Under the pieces are notes generated by a model, which was not told the origin of the DNA, did no database searches, and saw only the letters and a list, made by a program, of their open reading frames with translations. 64,000 bases of DNA from a bacterium (GTDB lineage: Bacteria; Patescibacteriota; Minisyncoccia; UBA6257; GWB1-50-10). Positions within the stretch are counted from its first letter, which is position 1; the number at the start of each line of letters is the position of its first letter. Where the stretch lies: positions 5,347 through 69,346 of the forward strand of contig JAKAGX010000001.1 in NCBI GenBank assembly GCA_021825465.1, given 5' to 3'. Shown piece by piece: positions 19,821-29,863 of this stretch. A program made the translations under genes and the position numbers.

Positions 19821-20818
19821 TGTTGTAAAAGTTGTTTACCTAAATCCCAAAAACTCGGATCGCCGTGGATCTTTCTCCAATACCACCACTCCGATCCCCA
19901 GAGATAGATGGGCGAAAGGCCGGTCCGTTCGGCAAACTGGAAATTATCGCGGAGCGTCGTCGTCGAGAAATCCGACGTTTGCGCATTCATGCTCTCATAG
20001 GCCAAAGGTGCGCCGTTCAAGGACCACGGTTCGGCTTGCAGTTCCGAAATGAAGACGTTCGAAACGCCCGTCAATTCCTTCACCACAGCTGCCTTCAGAG
20101 CATAAAAAGCCGGCGGAATGAAGAAGTAATGGAATGCGCCGATCGTCGGCGCCGAAACGACGCGGTACAGCGTCGTCCCGAAGACGTTCACGTGCGATGC
20201 CGGGGCGAACCACCACCCCAGCTCCCCGCTGTCGGTCGTCAAAACGGGCCGCGTCGGGTCGAGTTTGTGAACGAGCGCGATCTCCTCATTAAAAAGATTT
20301 TGGCTGAACGGCGGACAGTTGCCGAACACCCCAAGATACGGTTCGTTCTCGATCTGCCATGCTTTGATCGCCGAATACGACTTGTAATGTTCGATCACGT
20401 GCGTGAGATATGAAAGAAGCGCCTGATCGTAACCGTTCGAACCGGGTGCCGGGGCCCAATTCGGAATATGGCATTCAGGCCATCGCGGCACGCGCTCCCC
20501 GACCGCAAGGATAACGTTTTTCCCTTTCGCTTCCGCAAGATTCATTTCCCAATCCAAATCGGAAAAGTCATACGAGCCCTCGCGCGGTTCGAGGTACTGC
20601 CAATATGCCATAAGAAGGAGGTTTTGCGGATTCAAATCATTCACGATCGATCCATAGGCGGCTTTCCAATCGAGCCCCAGCCCTTCTTTTGCGTAGAGTT
20701 CACTGAACGAAAGGCCCGTTTCGGGATGACCGTTCCCAAAGCTCAAGAGAAAACTCCCGAGATACAGGGAAAAAAGAACGGCAACGATCGCCCCGGCGAT
20801 TCTCAAAAACTTCTTCAT
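19817..20818 (-). CDS. membrane-anchored clan GH-A glycoside hydrolase (GH5/GH42-like)
   Basis: N-terminal TM, YW..LEP..G.YDFSDLD, WQIENEP, SELQAEPW, LWGSEWW. Confidence 0.75.
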   Translation of the reverse strand: MKKFLRIAGAIVAVLFSLYLGSFLLSFGNGHPETGLSFSELYAKEGLGLDWKAAYGSIVNDLNPQNLLLMAYWQYLEPREGSYDFSDLDWEMNLAEAKGKNVILAVGERVPRWPECHIPNWAPAPGSNGYDQALLSYLTHVIEHYKSYSAIKAWQIENEPYLGVFGNCPPFSQNLFNEEIALVHKLDPTRPVLTTDSGELGWWFAPASHVNVFGTTLYRVVSAPTIGAFHYFFIPPAFYALKAAVVKELTGVSNVFISELQAEPWSLNGAPLAYESMNAQTSDFSTTTLRDNFQFAERTGLSPIYLWGSEWWYWRKIHGDPSFWDLGKQLLQQ

Positions 20819-20819
20819 A

Positions 20820-21722
20820 CTACAGGAAAAGCACGGCAACGCCAGCCGTTATAAGGACAATCGAAATGACCTTTTGACGCACGATTCCCGGCCTTAAGGG
20901 CTCCTTGAGAAGTTTTGGATATTTTTTCGAAAGGAAAACAATGAATCCGAAAAGGAACGCATACTGGATCCCCGAGAGCGCGTTCACCAGGGACACCGGA
21001 CCCAGGGAAAACGCATAGTTCACCAAAACGAACGAAAGAAGCGCCGCGATTTGGCCGGCAATGAAAATGAAGTCGGTCTTCACGTTCGATTTTTTGAACG
21101 ATTTGAAAATATTCCGTCGCGGGACTTTCGGGAAAAGTAAGAATGCCGCACCGAGGACGGCACCGAACCCCCGCCACATGAAACCGTTGATAAAGGTGTC
21201 GTTATTGAAAACGAATTTCATCAAAACCTGCGACGCGCCGAAGAGGACCGCCGCAAGGATCGAACCCAAAAAGAGCCTTGCGCCCATGTGCGCCAAGCGT
21301 TCTTTCAAGGACTCTTCGTGGGACACGATGAATCCGCCGATGACGATGAGGGCGAAGCCGATCAATTGATCCGTGTTCAGAAATTCGCCGAGCGCGAAGA
21401 AAGCCATCAAAAAGACGAAGATCGGCGTCATGCCCCCCGTCAAAGGAACCACTTGGGACGCTTCTTCGCGCGCAAGCAGCTTATAGAGAATGAGGAGCGC
21501 ATAGACATATGTCACGCCCGATGCGAGAGCTGCGAGGACGACGGCGACCGACGGCGCAAAAAAACTGAACGGCAAAAGAACGACGGTCAAGGCGCCGAGG
21601 ATGTTCACAAAAAACGTGTAAACCCACGGATCGGGGATGAGATCTTTCAGCATCACCTTCGAAACCACGAACGATATGGCGTTCAAAAAATACGCGACGA
21701 GACCGATGTAAAGCCAGTTCAT
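20820..21722 (-). CDS. EamA/DMT family transporter
   Basis: 300 aa, about 10 TM helices in two repeats, LGEFL and LKEPL motifs. Confidence 0.82.
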   Translation of the reverse strand: MNWLYIGLVAYFLNAISFVVSKVMLKDLIPDPWVYTFFVNILGALTVVLLPFSFFAPSVAVVLAALASGVTYVYALLILYKLLAREEASQVVPLTGGMTPIFVFLMAFFALGEFLNTDQLIGFALIVIGGFIVSHEESLKERLAHMGARLFLGSILAAVLFGASQVLMKFVFNNDTFINGFMWRGFGAVLGAAFLLFPKVPRRNIFKSFKKSNVKTDFIFIAGQIAALLSFVLVNYAFSLGPVSLVNALSGIQYAFLFGFIVFLSKKYPKLLKEPLRPGIVRQKVISIVLITAGVAVLFL

Positions 21723-23026
21723 CCCTTTTTCTTTTCGATCAACTTTTCGATGTTATACGCTCCCATTTTTTCCGCTTCCAAAAATCCGTGCATGGCAGCC
21801 TCCGCGAACCACCCGTCCTTCACGTAATCAAAGAGCCACTCGTGGGTATATTCCGGATCGTATTGGTCCATGCCGGCGCCGACTTTAAAAAGCCATTCCC
21901 GATTGAAATCTTCCTGCGAACCGATGGGCGGCGCAATGATGATCGGCAATCCCAAGCCGCAATAAAACGAAAGTTCCGACGGCTTCGTCCAAAGAATATC
22001 CGTTACGCGGAGCATTTTATTGAATTTCTCGAAGTAATCGGGAATGCCGATGGCCCACAGGATCTCGGCCCCGTCGTCGAACGGCTCCCTGAATCCGAGT
22101 TTTTTGAGCTCGTCCGCAAAATAATTCATCGCCGTTCGGTGAGTGCCGGCAGAAAGGACGACCTTCACTTTCTTTGCCCTGATATCATCCTGCAAACTTT
22201 TTACGATCGCGATACCGATCTCTTTTTGTGCCCCCGCTCCGCCGATCGAAAACATGAGCGTGAGCGGGCGTCCGGCTTCCTTCGGCAGTGCACCGAAGTT
22301 TTCCTTGATAACGGGACCATACTCGCTTGCATACCGCCCCCTCGGGTCGAGGTTCACGAGCCGCGGACCCATGTCTTTCCGCAACGTTTTCATTCCCGGT
22401 CCGCCGATGTTCTCTTTCGGAAGCGGATACCCGGTCAAATGGATGTTCCCTTCTTTGATGCCGTAGAGTTTCAACCGCTCAAAGACCCGATCGGTCGAAG
22501 CACAGTAATGGATCCTTGTCTTTTCAGGATTCAAAGGAGCCCAACTCCGAGCGACGTCGGCATCGGCTGTCACACAGTAAATGTCGCCGGGATAACGCCA
22601 TTCTTCGGCCATGAACGCCGTCGTAAAGAATGTGGTGATGAGCGGGATCTTCCCCTTGGATAACCGCTCAATGATGTCTCTCCCCCATCCGCGCCGAATG
22701 AGGCGGTATTCTTGCCGCAAAGTCCCGGTCGGACGCGAAAGATCGCGTTTCGGGTAAAAGTTCAAAATGCGCTGAAAGCGATCATATAAATAGAAAACGG
22801 CAGATCCCACAAGCGGCACCCGTTTGAAGCGGGAAATAAATTCATAAAAATGCGACGTACTGGACCAAATCTCCCGGTCGTCCGTCGGGATCCCCTCATA
22901 ATCGTTTGCATTGATCACTTTCCCGTCGGGAGAGAGATCCCTCAACGGGAAGGCCGTCCGCTGATGGCCGTATCCCATGGAAACCGCGATGACCCATGCC
23001 TTCCCCTTCGGAGCATCTTTCGCCAT
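21719..23026 (-). CDS. GT-B glycosyltransferase (GT28/MGDG synthase-like)
   Basis: SMGYGHQR, TGYP, SIGGAGA, LWTKPSE, PIGSQE..N. Confidence 0.72.
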   Translation of the reverse strand: MAKDAPKGKAWVIAVSMGYGHQRTAFPLRDLSPDGKVINANDYEGIPTDDREIWSSTSHFYEFISRFKRVPLVGSAVFYLYDRFQRILNFYPKRDLSRPTGTLRQEYRLIRRGWGRDIIERLSKGKIPLITTFFTTAFMAEEWRYPGDIYCVTADADVARSWAPLNPEKTRIHYCASTDRVFERLKLYGIKEGNIHLTGYPLPKENIGGPGMKTLRKDMGPRLVNLDPRGRYASEYGPVIKENFGALPKEAGRPLTLMFSIGGAGAQKEIGIAIVKSLQDDIRAKKVKVVLSAGTHRTAMNYFADELKKLGFREPFDDGAEILWAIGIPDYFEKFNKMLRVTDILWTKPSELSFYCGLGLPIIIAPPIGSQEDFNREWLFKVGAGMDQYDPEYTHEWLFDYVKDGWFAEAAMHGFLEAEKMGAYNIEKLIEKKKG

Positions 23027-23042
23027 ATGAAGTTATTATAAA

Positions 23043-24494
23043 TCACTGACGCAAAAACTGAAGGAGAAGCGGAACCGGAGATCCGGTTGCGCCTTTTGAT
23101 AGATAGTCGCCGTCGATCGAAGTCATTCTGGGCGCCATGTCGATGTGCACCCACGAGACTCCTTTGGCGAATTGCCACAGGAAGGCGGCGGCAGTGATCG
23201 CCCCGCCATAACGGGTCTTTGCATCGTTCGCCACATCGCCGAACGTTCCCTTGATATCGTCTTCATATTCTTCCCAGAGCGGAAGCGGCCATACATAATC
23301 GCCTGACAATTCTCCGCTTTCGACGATCCGTTCTTGCGTTTTCCCGTCCGTCGCAAAAATCGCCGATGCACGCTGGCCGAGTGCAACCATCGCGGCGCCG
23401 GTCAAAGTCGCAATATCAACGACGAGTTCGGGATCATACCGCTTTGCGTAATGGAGCGCGTCCGAAAGGATCACCCGGCCTTCCGCATCGGTATTCAAAA
23501 CTTCGATGGTCTTTCCCGACATCGTTTTCAAAAGATCGCCCGGCCGATAGCTCGAACCGGACGGCATGTTTTCCACAGCCGGCACGAGGCCGATGATGTT
23601 CTTTTTCAGCTTCAACCGCGCCGCCGCCGCGATCGTATGGATCACCGCCGCACCGCCCGACATATCCATGTGCATCTCATAAATGCCGCTCGAAGGCTTC
23701 AAATTCAATCCACCGCTGTCGAACGTGACGCCTTTTCCGACCAAAACAATCGGCTTCCCTTTCCCGCCCTTCACATACTCCATGATGATGAATTTCGGTT
23801 TCTCGGACGAACCGCGCGCGACGCCGAGAACGCCGCCCATCTTCAATTTCTTGATCTCGCCTTCCTGGAGCACCTTTACCTTGAAACCGGATCTCTTTCC
23901 TGCAGCGATCGCGGCTTGAGCTAAGACCGTCGGCGTCATATCGCCGCCCGGCGTGTTTGAGAGCTCCCTCGTTCCGTTCGTCTCTTCCCCGATGATCGTT
24001 CCTTCCTTCAACTGCTTCTCAATATCCGCTACGATCCGCCCCTTACCCGCGTATATCAGTATCTCATGAACGAAGTTCCATCCGCCCTTCGGCTGCGTTT
24101 TGTATTTTACGAATTCGAAATTCGCCATCTCAAATTCCATGGCGGCAACCCGCGGCATGACGGCATCGAATTCCTTTTCACCCGTCCGGAAATCATCGAT
24201 ATACACGACTATGCTCTTCAACCTATTCGCTTTGGCTATCGCAACAATCTTCCGCATAAGGAGCATCGATTTCCGGTGGTTGAATTTTTCCGGAACCTTG
24301 GCGAAGAGCATCTTTCTGCCTCCCGGCAGCGGGACAACGCGTTCCCCCTCTTTCGGGTTCTTTTCAATGCTCCTCACATACTCCTTTTCCTTGGCGCTCA
24401 ACATGCCAAAAAACGGATGTTTTTCGACATCTTGGCGTATCGCAAAAACCACATCGACGTTCTGCGGAATTTTTTCAGTTTGTTTGATGGTCAT
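23043..24494 (-). CDS. pepA: leucyl aminopeptidase (M17)
   Basis: GKGVTFDSGG, MDMSGGA, NTDAEGR, DIATLTG, WVHIDMA. Confidence 0.95.
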   Translation of the reverse strand: MTIKQTEKIPQNVDVVFAIRQDVEKHPFFGMLSAKEKEYVRSIEKNPKEGERVVPLPGGRKMLFAKVPEKFNHRKSMLLMRKIVAIAKANRLKSIVVYIDDFRTGEKEFDAVMPRVAAMEFEMANFEFVKYKTQPKGGWNFVHEILIYAGKGRIVADIEKQLKEGTIIGEETNGTRELSNTPGGDMTPTVLAQAAIAAGKRSGFKVKVLQEGEIKKLKMGGVLGVARGSSEKPKFIIMEYVKGGKGKPIVLVGKGVTFDSGGLNLKPSSGIYEMHMDMSGGAAVIHTIAAAARLKLKKNIIGLVPAVENMPSGSSYRPGDLLKTMSGKTIEVLNTDAEGRVILSDALHYAKRYDPELVVDIATLTGAAMVALGQRASAIFATDGKTQERIVESGELSGDYVWPLPLWEEYEDDIKGTFGDVANDAKTRYGGAITAAAFLWQFAKGVSWVHIDMAPRMTSIDGDYLSKGATGSPVPLLLQFLRQ

Positions 24495-24521
24495 ACTAAC
24501 TACTATATACCAAATACTCGT

Positions 24522-26303
24522 CTAAGCCACCTCCTTCTGGTAGCATTCCTCGCAATACACGATCTCGGAGCGATCGGGCGAATAGGTCGTCTCGAATTCG
24601 TTCGGACAATGCTCCGCGCCGTGGACATGGGATGCGGTATTGCGGTAGACGCCGTTCACGCTCGCCGATCCTCCGCACTGGCACTTTCCTTTCCAAAGCT
24701 TCAACGGATTTCTCTGGCTCAAGCGCTCGTAGTGCCGGCAATTCGAACAAAGGTGCGGCAGAGGCAGGTTGAATTTTCGGTAGAAGCCCAACTCGGCGGG
24801 GGTCACTTTGAAAGCCGTCGCACATTGATCGTTGCATTTCCCGCCGTGAGCGCAGCTTATGACCTCATTCAAGATCGAATCTTTTACTTCCGCTATCGTA
24901 TCGGGCAAATCATCCGATCTCAAGGTCACGGTGTATTGCTTTTCGGACGATTCGCGCCATTTATATCCCAGTTTCATCGCCTCATCGTGACTCAAGGGGT
25001 GAAGCTCGGCCGCCACCGTCTCGTTGTACGAGAAAGGTGATATTTCCGAGGGGAAAAATTCGCCATAGCCGTACTTCCTGCCGCCTTTGTCCATATACGG
25101 CATATCATCCATATGTTTCCGTATTTGCGGAATGAGCTTTTCATACTCCTCTTTTTCATATTGTTTGTTCAAGATGCAGTACTGCTTATTCCTCAATCCT
25201 ACGCATCCGAAGAGGTTCGACGAATCGTGGCAATTATATGAATAAAGCGTGTCGCGGCAAGAGCGCACGAAGCGCGAATAATAAATCCCGCTTCCCGGAT
25301 AAACAGTCGACGAGTCTACCACCCGTTCGGTGTTCAAACCCGAATGGTCGCAATCGAAGCAATCTTTCACTTCGGAATAAATAAGCCAAAGGTAACTTGA
25401 ATCTTCCGCTCCGCCGAATACGCTGAACGAGCGACGGCAATTTTTAGCGCCTTCGAGGTCGTCTCCGCTCGAATTGACGCTTCGGATGACCTTCGCGAAT
25501 CTCCTGGGATATTTCAACGATTCGCTCCGGAATCGTTCTTTCATTTTTGAAAGCGACCGGTACCCCCGGGGCATCAATTCCTTGACCTTTTCCTCGTACT
25601 CATCTTTCGAATATTCCTTGTTGAAAATGCAATACGACTTGTTGTTCAAATTCGTGCACCCGAAACAATGGTGGCAGTTGCGGCAGTTGAACAAAAACGC
25701 GCTGTCGTAGCAACCTTCGCAATATCTGCTCCACAACAACCGACTGGAAGAAATGCAATCGACGGTCTCGTAATTGAATTCGCTTTTTGAAATCCAATAG
25801 CAATCCATGCATTCTTTGCAATTGAAGATGAAAGCGGAGTACAGCGAGTTTTCATTGAAATCCCCGCCGATCACGAGATAGCAATCCTTATTGCCTTCGG
25901 TGATGCTGCAGTATTCGCTCCGCACGCCTCGCTGGTTCATAAGCGCCACATCCGGAACCTCTTGCCAGAGATCGCGCAGCTGCTCAAAGAAGTTTCGGGA
26001 AAAATTGTAATTCCTGCCGTACACCATCGGATCCCATGAATCTCCCCACCAGAACGCTTGATCGTAAATACGCTGCGGATTGTCCGGGGAAAAAAGCGAG
26101 AGGATCGTTTCGTTGTGCCCCGGCGCATCGCACGTTTTCCAATAAAGGATGCGCTCGTTCCGGAAGGTCATTCTCCGCTCGAGCCGGCAATCCGGACAAA
26201 AGGTCGGCGGAGGAACTTGCATCTTTTCATAAAAAGCGAAATCCTCGGCATAAACCATGAATTCCTTTTTGCAGTTTTGGCATTGCCGAATTTCCGAAGT
26301 CAT
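24522..26303 (-). CDS. Cys-rich multi-zinc-ribbon repeat protein, paralog 1
   Basis: CQNC..PPTFCPDCR, FFEQ, two CxGxxNKxYCI blocks, YGEFFP, C-terminal VYCEECY. Confidence 0.88.
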   Translation of the reverse strand: MTSEIRQCQNCKKEFMVYAEDFAFYEKMQVPPPTFCPDCRLERRMTFRNERILYWKTCDAPGHNETILSLFSPDNPQRIYDQAFWWGDSWDPMVYGRNYNFSRNFFEQLRDLWQEVPDVALMNQRGVRSEYCSITEGNKDCYLVIGGDFNENSLYSAFIFNCKECMDCYWISKSEFNYETVDCISSSRLLWSRYCEGCYDSAFLFNCRNCHHCFGCTNLNNKSYCIFNKEYSKDEYEEKVKELMPRGYRSLSKMKERFRSESLKYPRRFAKVIRSVNSSGDDLEGAKNCRRSFSVFGGAEDSSYLWLIYSEVKDCFDCDHSGLNTERVVDSSTVYPGSGIYYSRFVRSCRDTLYSYNCHDSSNLFGCVGLRNKQYCILNKQYEKEEYEKLIPQIRKHMDDMPYMDKGGRKYGYGEFFPSEISPFSYNETVAAELHPLSHDEAMKLGYKWRESSEKQYTVTLRSDDLPDTIAEVKDSILNEVISCAHGGKCNDQCATAFKVTPAELGFYRKFNLPLPHLCSNCRHYERLSQRNPLKLWKGKCQCGGSASVNGVYRNTASHVHGAEHCPNEFETTYSPDRSEIVYCEECYQKEVA

Positions 26304-26312
26304 ATGTTTATT

Positions 26313-28055
26313 TTACACCACCTCCGCGTTATAGCACTCTTCGCAGTAGACCGTTTCTGGCCGCTCGGGAGCGAATGCCGTCTCGAACTCGTTCGGGCAT
26401 TTCCCCCTGCCGTGGAAGTGGGTCGATGTATCGCACATGCAGGAGCGATGCCAAAGCCTGAGGGGCGTCCCCTGCTTCAGACGCTCGTAGTGCCGGCAGT
26501 TCGGGCAGAGATGCGGAAGCGGCAAATCCATCCTCCTCAAGAACTGCAACTCCGGAGCGATGATCCTGAACGCGCCTGTGCATTGCTCGCCGCACTTCCC
26601 TCCGTGAGGGCATTCGATGGTCTGATCCAGAATGTCGTCTTTTACGCCCTCAATATCATCGGGTAATTTGTCCGCTTTCACCGAAATCGCATAATCCTTT
26701 GCCGTTTCATTTCTCCAGGGATACTTCTCTTCCGCCGCTTGTTCCGCCGTCAGCGGGAAATACTCCTCAGCGATCGTCTCGTTGTACGCGAAGGGAGAGA
26801 TCTCGATCGGGAAGAACTCGCCGTATTTATATATTCTCCCCTTCTCGTCCGTATACGGCATCTCGCCCATCTGTTTCTTGATCTTCGGGAGAAGCGCTTC
26901 GTATTCCTCTTTCGAGTACTGCTTGTTCAGAATACAAAAATCTTTTTTCCTCACTCCGACGCACCCGAAAAGGTTGGATCCTCCCCGACAGTAATCCGAA
27001 TACTCTACGTTCACGATGTTTTCGTAGGTATTGGAGGAAAAGAAATTGCGGGAATCGTGATAAGCGACATTGACCCCCTCATAGCTCAGCTCCCCGCCGT
27101 CTCCCGCGCCGTGGAGATCCATGCAGTCCTTGATCTTCAGCGCCTGCGTGCAATACCGCAGGTTTTCGCATTCATCGATGTTGAACGACTTGAAAATATT
27201 CTTGGAATTGATGATGTGGTTGCCGCTCACGTTCACAACCTTACTCGTGAACGCAAACCTTTGGATGGAGCGTTTCTTTAATTCGATAAATTCGCTCTTA
27301 AGCGACTCAATAACCCTTGCACTTCCTAATCCCATTTCCCGCATCTTCCTTTCGTACTCCTCCTTGGTCAGCTGTTCGCCTCGGAATACATAGGACTTGT
27401 TTCTCAAATTGGATCCCATGAAACAGCTCTTGCATCCCGCGCAGTTGTACAGAAAATAAGAATCCATGCAGTCGCGGCAATTTTGCAGATAAGCGGAGTG
27501 GACCGCGTGATTGGTGTCCATGGATTCATAGCAGAACTCGGAATCCGTAACGACGTTCGAATCGAAAACGTCGCGATCGTGGAATGCCTTGTGGCTATAG
27601 GCGATATTCTCGGAATAGAAGGTCGATGGTGCCATGTAAACGTCCTTCGAGAGCCATGTGAAATTCGAATACGGTGCGTTCTGATTTTGAAGGCTCTCCA
27701 AGGCCAGACGGGGAACTTCCGCTAAAAGTTTTCGGAATTGTTCAAAGAACGGCTTCGAAAAATCGTACTCGCGGCCGTACGACATGACATCCCACGTATC
27801 CGAGAACCAACAATCATAGCAGTAAACTTTGAACGGCCTCTCTCCGGAATACATCGAGATGATGGATTTGCCGCAAAGATCGCACGTATCCTTGTACAAA
27901 CTGCGCTCGTTCCGAAACGACATCCGCCGCTGCCGCCGGCATTCCGGGCACCAGGTTGGCGGAGGAACGTTGATCCGTTCGTAGAAACTAAAATCCCCAG
28001 GCTCAACGACGAACTCCTTCTTGCAGTTTTGACAGATCTTTGTTTCAGCGTTCAT
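26313..28055 (-). CDS. Cys-rich multi-zinc-ribbon repeat protein, paralog 2
   Basis: Same architecture as paralog 1; intact CDLC-x17-CYDC. Confidence 0.88.
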   Translation of the reverse strand: MNAETKICQNCKKEFVVEPGDFSFYERINVPPPTWCPECRRQRRMSFRNERSLYKDTCDLCGKSIISMYSGERPFKVYCYDCWFSDTWDVMSYGREYDFSKPFFEQFRKLLAEVPRLALESLQNQNAPYSNFTWLSKDVYMAPSTFYSENIAYSHKAFHDRDVFDSNVVTDSEFCYESMDTNHAVHSAYLQNCRDCMDSYFLYNCAGCKSCFMGSNLRNKSYVFRGEQLTKEEYERKMREMGLGSARVIESLKSEFIELKKRSIQRFAFTSKVVNVSGNHIINSKNIFKSFNIDECENLRYCTQALKIKDCMDLHGAGDGGELSYEGVNVAYHDSRNFFSSNTYENIVNVEYSDYCRGGSNLFGCVGVRKKDFCILNKQYSKEEYEALLPKIKKQMGEMPYTDEKGRIYKYGEFFPIEISPFAYNETIAEEYFPLTAEQAAEEKYPWRNETAKDYAISVKADKLPDDIEGVKDDILDQTIECPHGGKCGEQCTGAFRIIAPELQFLRRMDLPLPHLCPNCRHYERLKQGTPLRLWHRSCMCDTSTHFHGRGKCPNEFETAFAPERPETVYCEECYNAEVV

Positions 28056-29863
28056 ACAACTTCACTGTTATAGCAGGATTCGCAGTACACGATCTCTTTT
28101 CTCTCCGGCGCATACGGCGTCTCAAATTCACTCGGGCAACGATCGTTACCGTGAGTATGCTTGGAGAGGTTGGTATAAATGCCATTCTCTGATCTTTCGC
28201 CGACACATTGACACCGACGATGCCAGAGCTTGAGCGGCTTCCGCTGCTCTAAACGCTTAGCATGGCGACAGCTGAAGCAGAGGTGCGGCAATGGCAACCC
28301 CATCCGCCGGTAGAATGAGAGTTCCTGCGGGATGATCCTGAACGCCGCTGTGCACTGCTCGTTGCACTCCCCCCGGTGCGCACATTCGATGATCTCATCC
28401 ACGATCGAATCCTTCGCGTCATCTATGCTGTCGGGTGTATCGGCCTCCTTCATCGTCACCTGGTATTTTTTTTCTTCCGGCTCTTTCCACTTGAATCCGC
28501 GGCTCAGAGCGTCACTTTCATTCAACGGAAAATATTCTTGTGCGATCGTCTCATTGTAGACGAAGGGGCTAAGTTCCGGCGGGAAGAACTCGCCGTATTT
28601 ATAGATCCTCTCTTTCGAGTCAACATAGGGCATCTCGTTCATCTGCTCAACGATCCGGGGAATCAACTCTTCATATTCTTCTTTCGAGTACTGCTTGTTC
28701 AAAATGCAGTATTGTTTGTTCCGGAGACCCGCACACCCGAAGAGATTCGAGGAATCATAGCAGTTCTCCGAATAGGCCACATTGGCGTTGTTCCAGCTCA
28801 CATACGCAAATTTAGTGGAGGAATTAATGGCTCCGCCGATGATCTCATAAGAGAAAAACAAATTCCCTCCCACTTGCATGCAATCATAGTCGTTCTCGGC
28901 ATTCCATCCGCAAATGGTCAAATATTTGCCGTGTGAAGCCCCCACCCCTCCGCCGAATTCCGCGGAACTCGACGATCCGATGAAAAAACACATCCTCAGG
29001 TCATTGGAATTCTCAATGTCGTTCCCCGTCACGTTCTCGGATTTTGTGATGTGAGCGAATTTCATCGGCTGTGAGAGGATAAATGCCTTGAATTTTCCTT
29101 TGTATTCCTCAAGGATCTTGTACGATTTTAAATCGACTTCCGAGAATCTCCTTTCATATTCCTCCTTGGTGAGCTGCTCGTTGAACCAGCAGTATTGTTT
29201 GTTCCGAAGGCCCGCACACCCGAAGCAGTTCGAACATCCCCGGCAGTCATAAAGGAACCATGAGTTGAGACAATTGTCGCAATAGCGGCCGAAAGCAACG
29301 TGATATGATTTTGTGCTGTCCAGGAGTTCATAGCACTTTTCGCTTTCGTTTATGAAAAAGGTATCCACGCTGTCCTTGCTGTAGAGAGCGGTATTGGTAT
29401 ACATGACGTCTTCGCTGTTGTATCCGCCGATCTCCATATAGCAATTCTTGTGATTACTGACATTGTTGCAGTACTCGCTCCCGACGGAGTTCCGGTTCAT
29501 CATACTGATGCGCGGCACTTTGAGCATCAAATCGTGAAACTGCTCGAAGAAGGGCCTGGAAAAATCGTAATCCCGCCCGAAATCCATCGGATTCCAGCCG
29601 TCGGACCACCAAAATTTCGCATCATAGACCGTGAACGGCGAATTGTTCGGATAGAGGGAAATGATGTCCTCCGCATGCCCCGGGGCGCCACACTTTCGTT
29701 TGTAGAGCATCTTTTCGTTCCGCCACGTCATTCTTCTCATTGACCGGCATTCCGGGCACCACGTGGGCGGTGGGACCTGTATCCTCTCGTAGAATGCGAA
29801 ATCCTCCGGATCAATCACGAATTCCTCTTTGCAGTTTTGGCAGGTTCTGGTTTCTTGTTTCAT
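28052..29863 (-). CDS. Cys-rich multi-zinc-ribbon repeat protein, paralog 3
   Basis: Same architecture; ATGA overlaps with both neighbours. Confidence 0.88.
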   Translation of the reverse strand: MKQETRTCQNCKEEFVIDPEDFAFYERIQVPPPTWCPECRSMRRMTWRNEKMLYKRKCGAPGHAEDIISLYPNNSPFTVYDAKFWWSDGWNPMDFGRDYDFSRPFFEQFHDLMLKVPRISMMNRNSVGSEYCNNVSNHKNCYMEIGGYNSEDVMYTNTALYSKDSVDTFFINESEKCYELLDSTKSYHVAFGRYCDNCLNSWFLYDCRGCSNCFGCAGLRNKQYCWFNEQLTKEEYERRFSEVDLKSYKILEEYKGKFKAFILSQPMKFAHITKSENVTGNDIENSNDLRMCFFIGSSSSAEFGGGVGASHGKYLTICGWNAENDYDCMQVGGNLFFSYEIIGGAINSSTKFAYVSWNNANVAYSENCYDSSNLFGCAGLRNKQYCILNKQYSKEEYEELIPRIVEQMNEMPYVDSKERIYKYGEFFPPELSPFVYNETIAQEYFPLNESDALSRGFKWKEPEEKKYQVTMKEADTPDSIDDAKDSIVDEIIECAHRGECNEQCTAAFRIIPQELSFYRRMGLPLPHLCFSCRHAKRLEQRKPLKLWHRRCQCVGERSENGIYTNLSKHTHGNDRCPSEFETPYAPERKEIVYCESCYNSEVV

